Assembly: GCA_965218095.1 (NCBI GenBank)
Contig: OZ244587.1
Coordinates: 5,184,001 to 5,248,000, forward strand
Reading direction: 5' to 3'
Origin: Candidatus Poribacteria bacterium
GTDB taxonomy: Bacteria; Poribacteria; WGA-4E; PCPOR2b
DNA: 64,000 nucleotides
Below are positions 28,663 through 39,479 of this stretch, piece after piece; within the stretch, counting starts at the first letter, position 1; every line of letters starts with the position of its first letter. The translations under genes were made by a program, and so were the position numbers. The notes beneath the pieces were generated by a model. It was not told the DNA's origin. It ran no database searches and worked only from the letters and a program-made list of their open reading frames with translations.

Positions 28663-30192
28663 TTACGCCCCCAGCCAGAATGCGTACAGCCTTGCCTGCC
28701 ACAACACGAAGCGGATGCGCACCGATTTTTCAAAGGCCATCTCCGGTTGACCCTCCCAGGCCATACGTTCAGACAGATGATTGCCTTTCAGGGGGATGCT
28801 CTGCGGTGTGGAGAAGCTAGCCTGCACTCGCATCGTCTCGGCGTCCAGAATTTCGGCGCGGACCTCACCCCACTTCGCCTCAGCATTGACGTACAAATTT
28901 TCGCCGTTCAGCATGAATGGTTTTGTAGTGACCGTTCCGACCTCTTCGGCGTCGAGAGACACGAATCCATCCGGCCTCAGTTTTGCCAGACACAACGCGC
29001 CGCTGTCGTCAAAAAGCTCGGGGTCGATATCCAAGCGGTAAAGTTCTTTATTCCTGTTGTACATCCGGTAAAGTTTCCTGCTAGCAGGGAAGCGGAGAGC
29101 ATTGTAGTAAATCCAGATCTCCCGGTTGTCGTGGACGTGGGGTCGCCCGGTTAACAGGTTCTGATTCGTACCGTAATTCTCTCCGTCCCATGGGTCTACC
29201 CCGATAAACACCGCCCGGTCTGCTACACGCTCCCAATGATACAGATTACGTGATACTGCAAGTTCCACCTGGTTGATGCGCGTATAATTCATCTGTGGCG
29301 GCGGACAGGCTCCGAAGGGGTTAAAGAGTCCCGGGAAACCGATGTAGATTCCCTCGTAAGGCATTACCGCCATCTGGTAGACTTCGGCGATGTAGTCCGT
29401 GTTATCAACAATCGGCGGTGTGATATACGCCGGGGTTTCGACCACCTCCCGGACCCGTTTCTTGCGGTTCTCTTTATCAATTTCATCGGAATGCAGGATG
29501 AGTTGCGGCTCGGTAAAGGTCACGAAGTCCTTACTCGTTGCAAGCCAGACCGAACGCCCCCACTCGGTGGGTTGCTTTACCATGGTGATATATTGCTCGC
29601 TGATTTCGTCATAAGTGAAATGGGACTCGTCCTGACTGGGGATGGGCGGTGCATCAAGCATTGTCCAATGGAAACCATCCGGCGAAACACCAAGAAACCG
29701 ATTGCGGGCATCGAAGAGACCCTTGTATCGACGTTGGGGGTCGGGGTCGCGTTCATCACGGATGATGTGATACAGATTCCGATGCCCTGTCCTGGGATCG
29801 CAGGTCGCTTTGGATCCCGATATTATTGGGGCGATGTTGTTATCTTTCGATCCACGCCATTCGTAGAGCTCAAGCGAAGGCACTTCCCAGTGAACCCCAT
29901 CCGTCGAGGTTGCATAGTGCGTCAGTGAGATGCTCGCGTCGCGGTGTTCGCCGTAGGGCTCAACGGGGACGCTTGCCCAATACCACCATTCCCAAGTTCT
30001 TTTTTCAGAGTTCCACTGTGGCGCGCTTCGGCTCTGAAGGGATGTCTGCCCCTGCGAGCGGTCCGGTCTGATGACAGGCCCACACTTCTTCGGTTGATGC
30101 AACGTCCGCTTTATGTTCAATGTCTTGTCGATAGCGTAGTCGTCGAGGAACAGTTGTTTGTGTTGGGCCGGATTGATGAGTGAAAGTTGCAT
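28663..30192 (-). CDS. Five-bladed beta-propeller glycoside-hydrolase-like protein (GH32/43/130-like)
   Basis: QLFLDD, Asp-boxes STDGVHW and SPDGFHW, SRNLYHWER, LRPDGFVSL; the upstream ORF extension to 30351 runs through repeats. Confidence 0.65.
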   Translation of the reverse strand: MQLSLINPAQHKQLFLDDYAIDKTLNIKRTLHQPKKCGPVIRPDRSQGQTSLQSRSAPQWNSEKRTWEWWYWASVPVEPYGEHRDASISLTHYATSTDGVHWEVPSLELYEWRGSKDNNIAPIISGSKATCDPRTGHRNLYHIIRDERDPDPQRRYKGLFDARNRFLGVSPDGFHWTMLDAPPIPSQDESHFTYDEISEQYITMVKQPTEWGRSVWLATSKDFVTFTEPQLILHSDEIDKENRKKRVREVVETPAYITPPIVDNTDYIAEVYQMAVMPYEGIYIGFPGLFNPFGACPPPQMNYTRINQVELAVSRNLYHWERVADRAVFIGVDPWDGENYGTNQNLLTGRPHVHDNREIWIYYNALRFPASRKLYRMYNRNKELYRLDIDPELFDDSGALCLAKLRPDGFVSLDAEEVGTVTTKPFMLNGENLYVNAEAKWGEVRAEILDAETMRVQASFSTPQSIPLKGNHLSERMAWEGQPEMAFEKSVRIRFVLWQARLYAFWLGA

Positions 30193-30240
30193 GGCAGTGT
30201 TTCTTAACAGTTTGGGTGTTACCCACTTCATCTTGATCTG

Positions 30241-30360
30241 AATCCCAGATGGATCGGGGCGGGTCTCCCCGATTGCATCGGGATTCAAAGCAACTGGCGA
30301 GACGAGATCCCGCGTAGCGGGGCGCTGCATCTTGAATCCTGATCCAGACAAGATTCAAGG
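30241..30360. repeat. Cluster of short palindromes; 23-nt core repeated at 49311-49333
   Basis: CCCGATTGCATCGGG and CCCGCGTAGCGGG palindromes; ATTGCATCGGGATTCAAAGCAAC at 30272 and 49311. Confidence 0.7.
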
Positions 30361-30471
30361 TAAGTGTTCAGGGGGTAGACCAGCGACATTCCTGTACTTA
30401 TAAAAAAACGAGGCATCCACGGCCTAAATTCACAGGCCAGGGACGCCTTTTGCACAGAATGATTGGGACGC

Positions 30472-32574
30472 TCAAAAATTCCCTCGTCCGACAGCCGTAT
30501 TCCCTGCCGAATCGGTGACCCGAATTGTTACCGTATGGTCACCGGGTGGGAGTGTATTTGTTTGGAGTAGAAGATCTTCGCGTTTGGAGTCAAAGATGCC
30601 ATCGGCCGGAAAGATGACTTGCCAGTGTTCATCGCTATCGATCTTGTAAACCGCCTTCTGGATGTAACTTGACCTGTCCTCAGCCGTACAAGAAATCTGA
30701 TAGGTTTCATCCCCATTTGCTGTGGCGGTGATATTGCCGACCATCGGCTGCGTGTTATCGATATCAAAGGAATCGCTAATCTTATCGGTAGACTTTGCCA
30801 ACCCCGGCGGGTTACTAAGTTTGTCCGTCGCTTCGACCTTGATCGTGTAACGTCCGTCCGGCATTGAGGTTGTATCCCAGGTATAATTGGTCTGCTTTAA
30901 TTCTTTTTTCAGGAGCTTCCAATTCATCTCGTCGATGCCTTTGTAGTAAATGTTGAACTGCAAAGTGTCACTGTTTGCATCTTCCACCTTCCACGCAACC
31001 GTATACTTTTTGTTAGCATTCCGTCCTGAACCAGGTTGAGGTGGGTTTTCTCTCGGGCCGCTACCGCTTCGGGGCGGTCCATTGGATGCTTTAGGTGCGC
31101 GCCCTCGGTTGATTTCAATCGAGTTGAATCGCGGCTCAATATTGGACTGAACCGAGGCAACAGTTACTTTTCTGAGCACAGGCGTTGCGGAGACATCGCT
31201 CGTTGTGAGTTTGGCACGCCACTGAATGTACTGTGCAGAAGGACTCGCAATTTGGGAGGCTTCGGAAACCATTAATTCCTCTGACCAATCACTCCATGTG
31301 CTATCCGGTTTCTCCGTGTTACCGGTTCGCGTGGCAAAAGCGATAGATGTCCCTTCTGGCGTAATACCTTCCCACGATAATTTACCCCATCGCGAGATAA
31401 CTTTCGTATCATTTGCCGTGGATTCAAGCGTACCTTCGGCAATATACGCCGATTGCAATTCAAAAATTTTCCCGGGATTTCCCGTAGCAAGGAGCAGTTT
31501 ATTCGTGTCCGCTGTGCGATGCATAGCAAGAATTTGACTCGCGTCGCATTTGCCTAATGAGATAAAATCCCCATCTGTGTTGACCTGGTAGATCTTTCCG
31601 CTGTCCCCTGTACCAATAAGAAGTTCAGCCTCCGGGATAACCACCATCGCCAGGATCAGCGGATCCGGCACCGTCCACATTATAGAGACAACGCCGTCCG
31701 GCTGAATCTGATAAACCCTTGATTTCTTTTCCTCAGCTGGACGACCGCTCGGAGACGGAGGACCGCTCGGAGGAGGCGGCCCACCCGGCTGCGGAGGCGC
31801 TATGGTAACAGTTCCAGCGTAGATAATCCCTTGGGCATCCATGGCGAGCGTGCGAACCTCTCTCTGCCCTGTCTGGTAAATCACAGAACCGGTCCCGTCA
31901 GTTGTGATAATACGATAGATAATACCTTTTCCATCGCTGCCGGCATACAAAACTCCTTGATGGTAAAGTAGACATAAGATGTTGGGTTCTTCGGAATCAA
32001 AGAGGACGTTGGTTTTTCCATCGGGCATAATCTTGTAAATTTTCCCGTTTGTTCCCGTTGCTGCATAAAGGGCACCTGCGTCATCGAAGGCTAGCGCCCA
32101 GACGTATTTCTCTTCCGAGCTGAGTATCGTTGTTGGCGGGGTGCCCTTCCCCGTGATCTTGTAGATTAAACCGTCAGGCGCTGTGCCAGCATAGATGTTG
32201 CCATTTGTATCAATGGCAAGGCTTAGGATTGAAACTTCTGGTGAGTCGTAAAAGAGTGATGACTGACCATCGGGAGTAATACGATAAATCTTGCCTTCAT
32301 TCCCTGTGCCTGCGTAAATGTTTCCGTTGGAATCCTCGGCAAGGCACCAGATGTATATCTCCTGGGTATCTGTAAAAGAGAGCTCTAATTTAGGCGCTAA
32401 CATGAGCTCCCCCCGACTCGACACTGAAATATTTTGAGGGGTACCAGATTCAAAATCTTTCTGGTGCTGTTGTTCCCAAATCTTGGTTGTCACTGCTAGT
32501 GTTGGTGGAAGATTCATCGAAAAGAAAATTGAAATGATACCGAAAATATGAAAAGCTCGGGGAAGCGTCATCAA
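30472..32574 (-). CDS. Secreted beta-propeller protein with C-terminal Ig/FN3-like domains
   Basis: Signal peptide; repeated LAxDxxGNIYAGTxxxGKIY blades; WDTTSMPDGRY. Confidence 0.8.
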   Translation of the reverse strand: MMTLPRAFHIFGIISIFFSMNLPPTLAVTTKIWEQQHQKDFESGTPQNISVSSRGELMLAPKLELSFTDTQEIYIWCLAEDSNGNIYAGTGNEGKIYRITPDGQSSLFYDSPEVSILSLAIDTNGNIYAGTAPDGLIYKITGKGTPPTTILSSEEKYVWALAFDDAGALYAATGTNGKIYKIMPDGKTNVLFDSEEPNILCLLYHQGVLYAGSDGKGIIYRIITTDGTGSVIYQTGQREVRTLAMDAQGIIYAGTVTIAPPQPGGPPPPSGPPSPSGRPAEEKKSRVYQIQPDGVVSIMWTVPDPLILAMVVIPEAELLIGTGDSGKIYQVNTDGDFISLGKCDASQILAMHRTADTNKLLLATGNPGKIFELQSAYIAEGTLESTANDTKVISRWGKLSWEGITPEGTSIAFATRTGNTEKPDSTWSDWSEELMVSEASQIASPSAQYIQWRAKLTTSDVSATPVLRKVTVASVQSNIEPRFNSIEINRGRAPKASNGPPRSGSGPRENPPQPGSGRNANKKYTVAWKVEDANSDTLQFNIYYKGIDEMNWKLLKKELKQTNYTWDTTSMPDGRYTIKVEATDKLSNPPGLAKSTDKISDSFDIDNTQPMVGNITATANGDETYQISCTAEDRSSYIQKAVYKIDSDEHWQVIFPADGIFDSKREDLLLQTNTLPPGDHTVTIRVTDSAGNTAVGRGNF

Positions 32575-32606
32575 AAAATATCCTCCTTAGTAATTGGCTT
32601 ATAGCC

Positions 32607-34481
32607 TTATCTTGGGGCGTTGCGGTCAATCGTGAATCGCAAAAATTGGCTGCCGGAGACCACATAAGGCGTCGTAACCTTCTCAAAATGCAACGTGGTG
32701 CCGCGGGTGAAGCCGCCTTCGCCGGATTGGGTAGGGGCGCTCATCACGGAGAGCATGGATACTGGAAGATTGGGAAACTCTTGTCCCTGAACGGTCATAC
32801 CGATTTTAGGCACAAAAAGTTCCAGGATGATGTCATTATTGTTTTCTTCACGTTGCAGCAGCTTAATCAGTTGATTGATGTTCGTCGGACGGTAGTTCAA
32901 GGGGGCCCGTGTCTGCTGCCAGGTTTGATAAGAAGAAGCACTGATAGCTAAGAGTGTGGTTAAGCCTTCGGGGGTGTCATTCGGAATCGTAATAGAACCT
33001 GTTTGGATAATGGGCTCTTCGAGGTATGGGCGCAGGCGCATCGTTACCTCAATTTTTTCGCCAGGGCGATATCGATCTTTGTTTATCCGAATTCCCTCAA
33101 TCACCGCCGTTTTGCGTTTGTCCTCCATCTTAATATCGATCTCTATGCCCTCCACATCAACCTTCGCGTATTCATTGCCAATCAGACTAAATAGTGGTGA
33201 CAATGATAGGGCCGCCTGAAATCCTGGCGAACCGCTGGAAGAGTAGACATTTTTACGAACAATCTCCCACGATGCCAAATTCGACTGATCTTTTAGAGAA
33301 ATTGCCGTATTGATGTTGAGGGTGTGGTCGCCACCACTAATCTCAAGTCCGTTGATGAGGTTCCAAAGACCAATAAGCGTGATTAACGCTGATAGATTGC
33401 GATGGCGCATCACCTCGTAACGCATTGGATGGGTTTTGCTATCCATTGTTTGAATCTCGGCATTAACGGGAATAAAGCTCGGATGGGAGCCAATTAAGCC
33501 AGCGATTGCTGCCTGGCGATCTTGTACGAGTGTACCGATCGGTTTTGTTGGGGAAGCCACTTTGAAAGATCGGGTAATGCTTGGCAAAGTGAAGTGAACA
33601 TAACCACCGGAAATCGGCAGATTAACGTTGCCTTCTCCGAACATTGCATGTCCAAAGCCTATCACTTGGTTGCCTTCAATATAGGTCATTGTTCCGTATC
33701 CGAAGGCAGTAAAGTCCCCACGGGCATACTCAATGCCAACGACCTGTCCCGGCTCAGTAGGAGCACTTTTAACGGGCGAACCACCACCAGATCCTTGTAT
33801 CGGACTCAAGCGGTATTTATCAAAGAACGGCTTGAGAATTCCCATCGCTTGAGGGGGCAATCCTGAAAATGCAACGGGAATCTGAAGACGTGCCGAATCA
33901 ATCCCTTGAGCCGGTCTGAGTGAAATCCCCAGTTGTGTTTCATGGGCCAGTTCTTTGTCAGGAATCAAGGGGAACATTTCAGTTCCATCCCAGGCGGTAT
34001 CTGAACCGAAGTTAAAGAGGCTCCCGCCTTGATAGCTCAGATTTGGCTGCATTCCCCGTTGTGTCACATCAACCATTAACTCAATTGGTGTAAATCCGAC
34101 AAGGTTTGCATGTTCACGCTGGAAAAAGTAGCCAAGAGAAAGCGCACCAATGAGCCGTCCTTTGATATACCCCGGACTCCCACTCATGCCCCCGGCAACC
34201 CCCGTCTTATCAAAATTCTTACTGATTCCTCTGACCCATATCACATGCCAATTGGGCATGAAATTGTATTCAATACTGACAACTTCAAAGTCAAACTTTT
34301 CAACGGTTGTGCCGGAGAAAACGGTATACGCCTTTCCCCTCATGCCGGGCTCAATCTCTGATAGCGGCATAAATTTCGATGCGTCCCACTTAATTTGCGC
34401 ACTCGCTTGAAGCACAGCCAAAAAGAACATGCCGGTAATAAGTGCAAAACAGACCTTTTTCAAAATGCTCACCTCATTCAA
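32607..34481 (-). CDS. SpoIVB peptidase S55-domain protein
   Basis: PGMRGKAYTVFSG, GVAGGMSGSP (catalytic Ser), GFGHAM. Confidence 0.85.
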   Translation of the reverse strand: MNEVSILKKVCFALITGMFFLAVLQASAQIKWDASKFMPLSEIEPGMRGKAYTVFSGTTVEKFDFEVVSIEYNFMPNWHVIWVRGISKNFDKTGVAGGMSGSPGYIKGRLIGALSLGYFFQREHANLVGFTPIELMVDVTQRGMQPNLSYQGGSLFNFGSDTAWDGTEMFPLIPDKELAHETQLGISLRPAQGIDSARLQIPVAFSGLPPQAMGILKPFFDKYRLSPIQGSGGGSPVKSAPTEPGQVVGIEYARGDFTAFGYGTMTYIEGNQVIGFGHAMFGEGNVNLPISGGYVHFTLPSITRSFKVASPTKPIGTLVQDRQAAIAGLIGSHPSFIPVNAEIQTMDSKTHPMRYEVMRHRNLSALITLIGLWNLINGLEISGGDHTLNINTAISLKDQSNLASWEIVRKNVYSSSGSPGFQAALSLSPLFSLIGNEYAKVDVEGIEIDIKMEDKRKTAVIEGIRINKDRYRPGEKIEVTMRLRPYLEEPIIQTGSITIPNDTPEGLTTLLAISASSYQTWQQTRAPLNYRPTNINQLIKLLQREENNNDIILELFVPKIGMTVQGQEFPNLPVSMLSVMSAPTQSGEGGFTRGTTLHFEKVTTPYVVSGSQFLRFTIDRNAPR

Positions 34482-34503
34482 TTTTTCGGCTCCGAAATCG
34501 TGT

Positions 34504-34618
34504 TAGGACTTACGCACTTCAAACTGAAAAAGTCTCGTCTTAACTGAATCCTGAATCCGAATCAAGATACAAGATGCAGGCAGACCTTGAATCCGAGGAA
34601 TCAACTACGTAAGTCCTA
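34504..34618. mobile_element. MITE-like element with TAGGACTTACG ends
   Basis: TAGGACTTACGCA and TACGTAAGTCCTA inverted ends; similar solo end TAGGAGTTACGCA at 26026. Confidence 0.65.
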
Positions 34619-34683
34619 CGTGTTTAACATTCTCACTTGTTGCACTTGCGGAAAGCCGTAATCTAGCTCTCAAAGTTCAGCCT

Positions 34684-34713
34684 ATGATAACAATTTGTCT
34701 CAACTGATGTCAA
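34684..34713 (-). promoter_or_regulatory. Sigma70 promoter for the S55 peptidase operon
   Basis: TTGACA-N18-TATCAT with an extended TG. Confidence 0.5.
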
Positions 34714-34794
34714 GCCAATAATCGACTAATCAGCGGATGGGCAAATTGCAGAATGATCGGGACAACTGCGTAATTCCTCTCAGATTCAAACACC

Positions 34795-35583
34795 TTATGC
34801 TTCTGCCACCGGCACATACTCCGGAAAGATCTTCGGATAACTGCGTCCGGTTGAGAGTTGCCGTGTCGCTGCATCAATATAGCACACGCTGAACGCTCGC
34901 CGTGGGCGATTTGTTGTGTTGACTTCTGAGCGGTGTAACGTCCAGTTATGCAGCAGCACGACCTCTCCCATCTCCATCTCCAGATAGAGCCGCTTTTCAT
35001 CTGGCGCGTGAATCACCCTTTCCTCTGGAGACAACTGGTCACCCTTCTCGGGAATGAGGCTTTTGTGCGACCCCGGAATAATTTGCAGACACCCGTTGGC
35101 GACACAGGTCGCATCCAGCGCCGTCCAGATTGTTACCTTCGGCGGAATGCTCAGTCTCCAACCACCGACTCCATCCTGATGCCAATTGATGACGACGCCC
35201 TGCTCCGCTGGCTTGTTGAAAAACATCGACCGAAAAGCGGAAATCTCCTCGCCGATAATCTTCCGCGTAATGTCCCGGAACAGGGGGTATTGTATGTAGG
35301 GGAGAAACAACGGGTCCTGTTCAAGGTCTTGAATCTTTCGGTATTTCAACGATGAACCTTTGAATTCTTTCGTCTGCTTTGACAATTCCGGCTTTCGCGC
35401 TGAAGGGCACAACTGCATCAGCATGTTGTCGTAACAGATGTTCCCCAGCATGATATCGTCAATGCGCCGACAAAGTGCTTCGACCTCTTCGTCTGGAGCG
35501 ACTTTGCCCAGACGTACATACCCCTGCTGGTGAAATATCTTTAGTTCCTCGTCAGTCAAAACCGGTTCGTGCAGCCCATCCAT
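34795..35583 (-). CDS. Phytanoyl-CoA dioxygenase (PhyH) family protein
   Basis: WHQD, NGCLQIIPGSH, LHRSEVN, RRA. Confidence 0.9.
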   Translation of the reverse strand: MDGLHEPVLTDEELKIFHQQGYVRLGKVAPDEEVEALCRRIDDIMLGNICYDNMLMQLCPSARKPELSKQTKEFKGSSLKYRKIQDLEQDPLFLPYIQYPLFRDITRKIIGEEISAFRSMFFNKPAEQGVVINWHQDGVGGWRLSIPPKVTIWTALDATCVANGCLQIIPGSHKSLIPEKGDQLSPEERVIHAPDEKRLYLEMEMGEVVLLHNWTLHRSEVNTTNRPRRAFSVCYIDAATRQLSTGRSYPKIFPEYVPVAEA

Positions 35584-35784
35584 AGTCTAACCTCCTGATT
35601 ATACCTCAATTTCGGCACAGTATATCACTGAATGCGTGAGAAAATCTGTTCCAGTTAGCGTATCGAAAAGACGATCAACGATTTGAGTTCAAGAGTTCAA
35701 ACGTTCAATGAACCCATGAACTTTTGCGACGTTAATCTTCCAGTTCCGATGTGGATTCTCAAAAGGGGGGCTCCACATCATTTC

Positions 35785-36369
35785 TTAATCGCTCTCCAAG
35801 AGACCACCGGCCTCCAATACACGCCAGAAGGCGTAGTCCGCATGGTGGACAATCGTGTTTTCCAAGCTGCGGACGACCAACTCACCCTCGCCCGAATGCG
35901 CACTGGCTGCGTGCGCGACTGCCTCCGGGAGACCTACGGTCAGACAGATGTGCACACCGTAGGCCGGATGCCGAATCGATGGCCACCCGGCGGCGCGCGG
36001 GGAACTTCGCCAGCGGTTCTGGTTCTCCGGATCGAACTCCCACGGTTTGCCCACGTCATGGCACAATGCGCACGCGATCAGGAGATCACGGTTGACCTCA
36101 AGTTCGGGAAACATCGCTGTCAACTCGTTGGAGATTCGCATGGCAAGCCGCGTGACGCCGCGAATGTGATCTGCCTGCGTCCCGCGTTTGAGCGGCGGCG
36201 TGTCGGGATTGCCCGATGGGCGAATCTCATCAATAGAATTAAACGAACTTTGTCCCAGGCCGTACGCCCACGCATCAATGACTTGGTTGCGCAGCGTTTC
36301 ATCGCCGATCTCGTTCACCTCGGGCAACGAACAAATGACCGATTGTCGTAATTCTTCAGAAATTTGCAT
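35785..36369 (-). CDS. HD-domain phosphohydrolase
   Basis: DHIRGV, LCHDVGK, RHPAYG, HS, HHAD. Confidence 0.85.
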   Translation of the reverse strand: MQISEELRQSVICSLPEVNEIGDETLRNQVIDAWAYGLGQSSFNSIDEIRPSGNPDTPPLKRGTQADHIRGVTRLAMRISNELTAMFPELEVNRDLLIACALCHDVGKPWEFDPENQNRWRSSPRAAGWPSIRHPAYGVHICLTVGLPEAVAHAASAHSGEGELVVRSLENTIVHHADYAFWRVLEAGGLLESD

Positions 36370-36518
36370 AACGTCCTCCTAATTATTCCGCCAAATTTGC
36401 TTTGACAGGTGCGCTATCACGAAATGAAGACCAGCCTCCTGGGGCATGAACCTCACGGCGTCGCATCTGAAGCGTGAAACCTCGATGGATCGGGGCAGGC
36501 TGTGATGCGTTAGATTCT

Positions 36519-37978
36519 TCACGTTTCGGGCTTGGTATCCCACTCACCAATCAAGGGCACAGGTGTCCTCGCGCAACGAAAACCAGCAAAATGGCCCGTG
36601 GACGAGGGATCGAAAAAAGCGCGAGCGGCGACACGCAGATTGACCTCACGGCTGTTCCACGCGCCACCACGCCACACGCGGCGGGTTTTGACACTCTCAA
36701 AATCGTTATTAACAAACGTGATTAATTTACCGGCGATTGGGTTGATTTCTGGACTCATGGAATAGAATTCTTCGTTGTATGCATCGGCGCACCATTCCCA
36801 GACATTGCCTGCCATATCAAACAAGCCATAGCCATTTTTTGGAAAACTCCCAACAGGAGCGATCCCGTCCCATATATCTCGTCCATTTATGCCTTTATAA
36901 TTGGCGTTATCATGAGTGATTTCATCCCCCCACGGATACCGCTTGCCAACCAGTCCACCACGAGCCGCATATTCCCATTCGGCTTCAGTGGGAAGCCGCT
37001 TGCCGGACCACTGGACATACGCGGCGGCATCATGCCAAGCCACGCCAATGACAGATTGATCAGGGGTGTTAACGGATGGGTCATTCCATAATCTGGGCGC
37101 CTTGTGTCCGGTTTCATCGATGAACTTTTTATACATAGCGTTAGTGACTTCAGTCACATCTATATAGAAGGGATCGAGGTGAACCGTGTGAACCGGGAGT
37201 TTGTGGGGTAAGCCTTCCCTAAAGCGATCGCCCATCGAAAACGCGCCGGCGGGAATTAGAGGCATGGTTGTTTCATCCTTTTCCGAGACAAACTCTGGCT
37301 TGGCTGTGACGGCAATCGTTTTTTGATGCTCCGCTGTAACAGGGGCAGGGGCATTGTTTCGTAGAGTTAGGGTAATTATATATTCTCCGATCTTTCTGTA
37401 GGTGTGCGATGCTGTGAAGTCTTTACTGAATGCCGTCTGCTGTCTGTCTCCCCAATCCCATTGCACTTCGGAAATGTCATAATGCGTATCGCGGGATGCA
37501 TTGTCCTCGACTTTTATCTGGCCATCTAAAAAATCGCCAACGGCTTCCGCAGTCACATTGAACGCCGCGACAAGCTCATGTCCAACCGGATTAACGACGA
37601 TCTCGAATAAAACGTTCTCGTCATCGCGAGCAATACTACCCAGTCCTTCTCCTTGATAGATAAAGTGTTCCGCCTTTTGATACTTCTACCTCAATGACCT
37701 GATTTGCCCTAAAGGAAATCTCACTGAAGGTGATCATCTCAATGGACCGATTTCTTGGCTTGACAGAGAAATTCTGACTTGTCGTCGTTTTCTTCATACT
37801 TTGTCCGGTAATCGTAACCCGCACAGCGTATTCCCCTCCCTCGGTAATGTTTGAAAAGTTAATTGGGATTATGGCCGTTGTGGGATTTACGGCGTCATCA
37901 TCATCGCCTCCGCAAGCGGATAAAAATTAGGGTAAAGCTAAACCATATAAGCGTGGTAAAAGTTAAAGGCAATCTCAC
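36519..37978 (-). pseudogene. Frameshifted lipoprotein with PKD and FGE-sulfatase (SUMF1) domains
   Basis: Lipobox SAC-GGDDDD near 37915 is out of frame with 37636-37824 and 36519-37556; WDWGD, EVTNAMY, RLPTEAEWE, DMAGNVWEW, GFRC. Confidence 0.75.
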
Positions 37979-38088
37979 TGTTTACCTCCGTTGAATTGAA
38001 TTTCACTGCACGCTGAAATTTTAGCAAATTCTGGACAGGAGATCAAGGGAAAAAGTGAGGGGTTTCTTCCTGCGCAACTTTGACTGCT

Positions 38089-38679
38089 TTAGCGGGACCT
38101 GGCATTCCGTCTCTGTCTTTTGCGAGATCGGAGCAAGATGCCGTCCAGATGCAGGTGCGTTGCATACCCAATTAAACTTGCCGTATAAAAAGGGAGTCCG
38201 AGTATAATTCGTTTCCGGATTAAGTCCAGATTCTGCGAGGACAGCAGATGATGCGGATCAAGCACATCGTGTTGGAAATAGATCGGCAGGATCAGAAAGG
38301 TAGCAGGCAGCAGTAACATCGTGAGTCTGGAATGTGTCCAGCCACGATGTTTGCCAATCAGGGGAAGCATGGCGAATAAGCCGAGAACCGCCGATTCAAT
38401 ATAGTGTTCACGAAGAATCAGTACAGCGTTAAAGACGAGAAAGATTCGATAGAAGATCTGTTGACTTTTGCTTTTGATGTCCACATCGGGCCATAGCCCT
38501 GAGAGGACAGCAATGACGAGACAACTTCCAATTTTCCACGGATCAAGAGGGACAGTTGGATTCTGATCGATGGGCAGATGAAGGACAAATTTGCCGATCA
38601 GCGACACCCCAAGCGAAACTGCGAAAAACGAACTGTAAGCGATCAACCCGCCGATGTAATGTTCACGGAACATGCTCAT
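38089..38679 (-). CDS. Metal-dependent hydrolase (YdjM/DUF457-like membrane protein)
   Basis: EH, PDVD, HRGWTHS, GYATHLHLD. Confidence 0.8.
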   Translation of the reverse strand: MSMFREHYIGGLIAYSSFFAVSLGVSLIGKFVLHLPIDQNPTVPLDPWKIGSCLVIAVLSGLWPDVDIKSKSQQIFYRIFLVFNAVLILREHYIESAVLGLFAMLPLIGKHRGWTHSRLTMLLLPATFLILPIYFQHDVLDPHHLLSSQNLDLIRKRIILGLPFYTASLIGYATHLHLDGILLRSRKRQRRNARSR

Positions 38680-39178
38680 AGTAAAAGCTCATTAAGGTTA
38701 AGTCGCTGTTACCCAACTAATTTCCTCAACTTTTATCATTTGCAGACGCTCAAACGCATACCAAAATTCCTCTCTCCGTCCCTAAACCCCATTGAGGAGG
38801 GGAGAGATCTTGCAATAGGTAAAAAATGTATTGGTCAGGAAGATGGCAGACAATTTGCCGCTTGGATTTGGCGAGCAAAAGTGTCGATCATCCTATTAAC
38901 TATTACACAATAGGTGAAAAAGTCGTATAAAATAAATTATACCCCGAATTTCATTGACGGGCAAGGAATACTGTTTCGTTTTCACGTAGAAAGGTGGCAT
39001 TTCACGCGATTTGTGATATAATAATAGGAAGTTCGGCAGGTCACGTCTAAATAACGAATCATCATTCTCACGCATCTACCAACATGAAGAATAAAAAGAT
39101 GTTCCATCGATTTCCGTCTATGATAACTAGGCGTTCTGTCTTCGGTTGTGCAATTGCCATTGAACCGGTTGAAACTTT

Positions 39179-39420
39179 TCACGCTAGTAAATGGCGTAGG
39201 TTAATCATAGCAAAAGCAATACAATGGAAGCCGAAAAAGTTGGCATCGGTCCTCTCAAATCGAATCAGTAATCGCTTGTATTTGTCCACCCAAGCGAAAC
39301 TGCGCTCAACGCAAAACCGCTTGGCATAAATCCCCACATCGAACAGGCGCGGCCGTCCTCGTTTTTTCTGCTTACGGTTCCTTCGATTCCCTGGGATATT
39401 AGGACGTAAGCTGTCTTTCA
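39179..39420 (-). pseudogene. IS5-family transposase C-terminal remnant
   Basis: PNIPGNRRN, YAKRFCVERSFAWVDKYKRLLIRFER. Confidence 0.8.
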
Positions 39421-39479
39421 GGTAAAATGTCGAACCTGAAAGACGGAAAATCAGAAAGCCGGCAGGTGAGTTGAGGCAA

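Noticed and set aside
30193-30351. N-terminal extension of the 562-aa ORF
   Set aside because: It runs through palindromic repeat DNA also found at 49311; ATG 30192 precedes the conserved-looking QLFLDD start.
36519-36700. Diversity-generating retroelement target (FGE-sulfatase C-terminus)
   Set aside because: No template repeat or reverse transcriptase is visible in the window.
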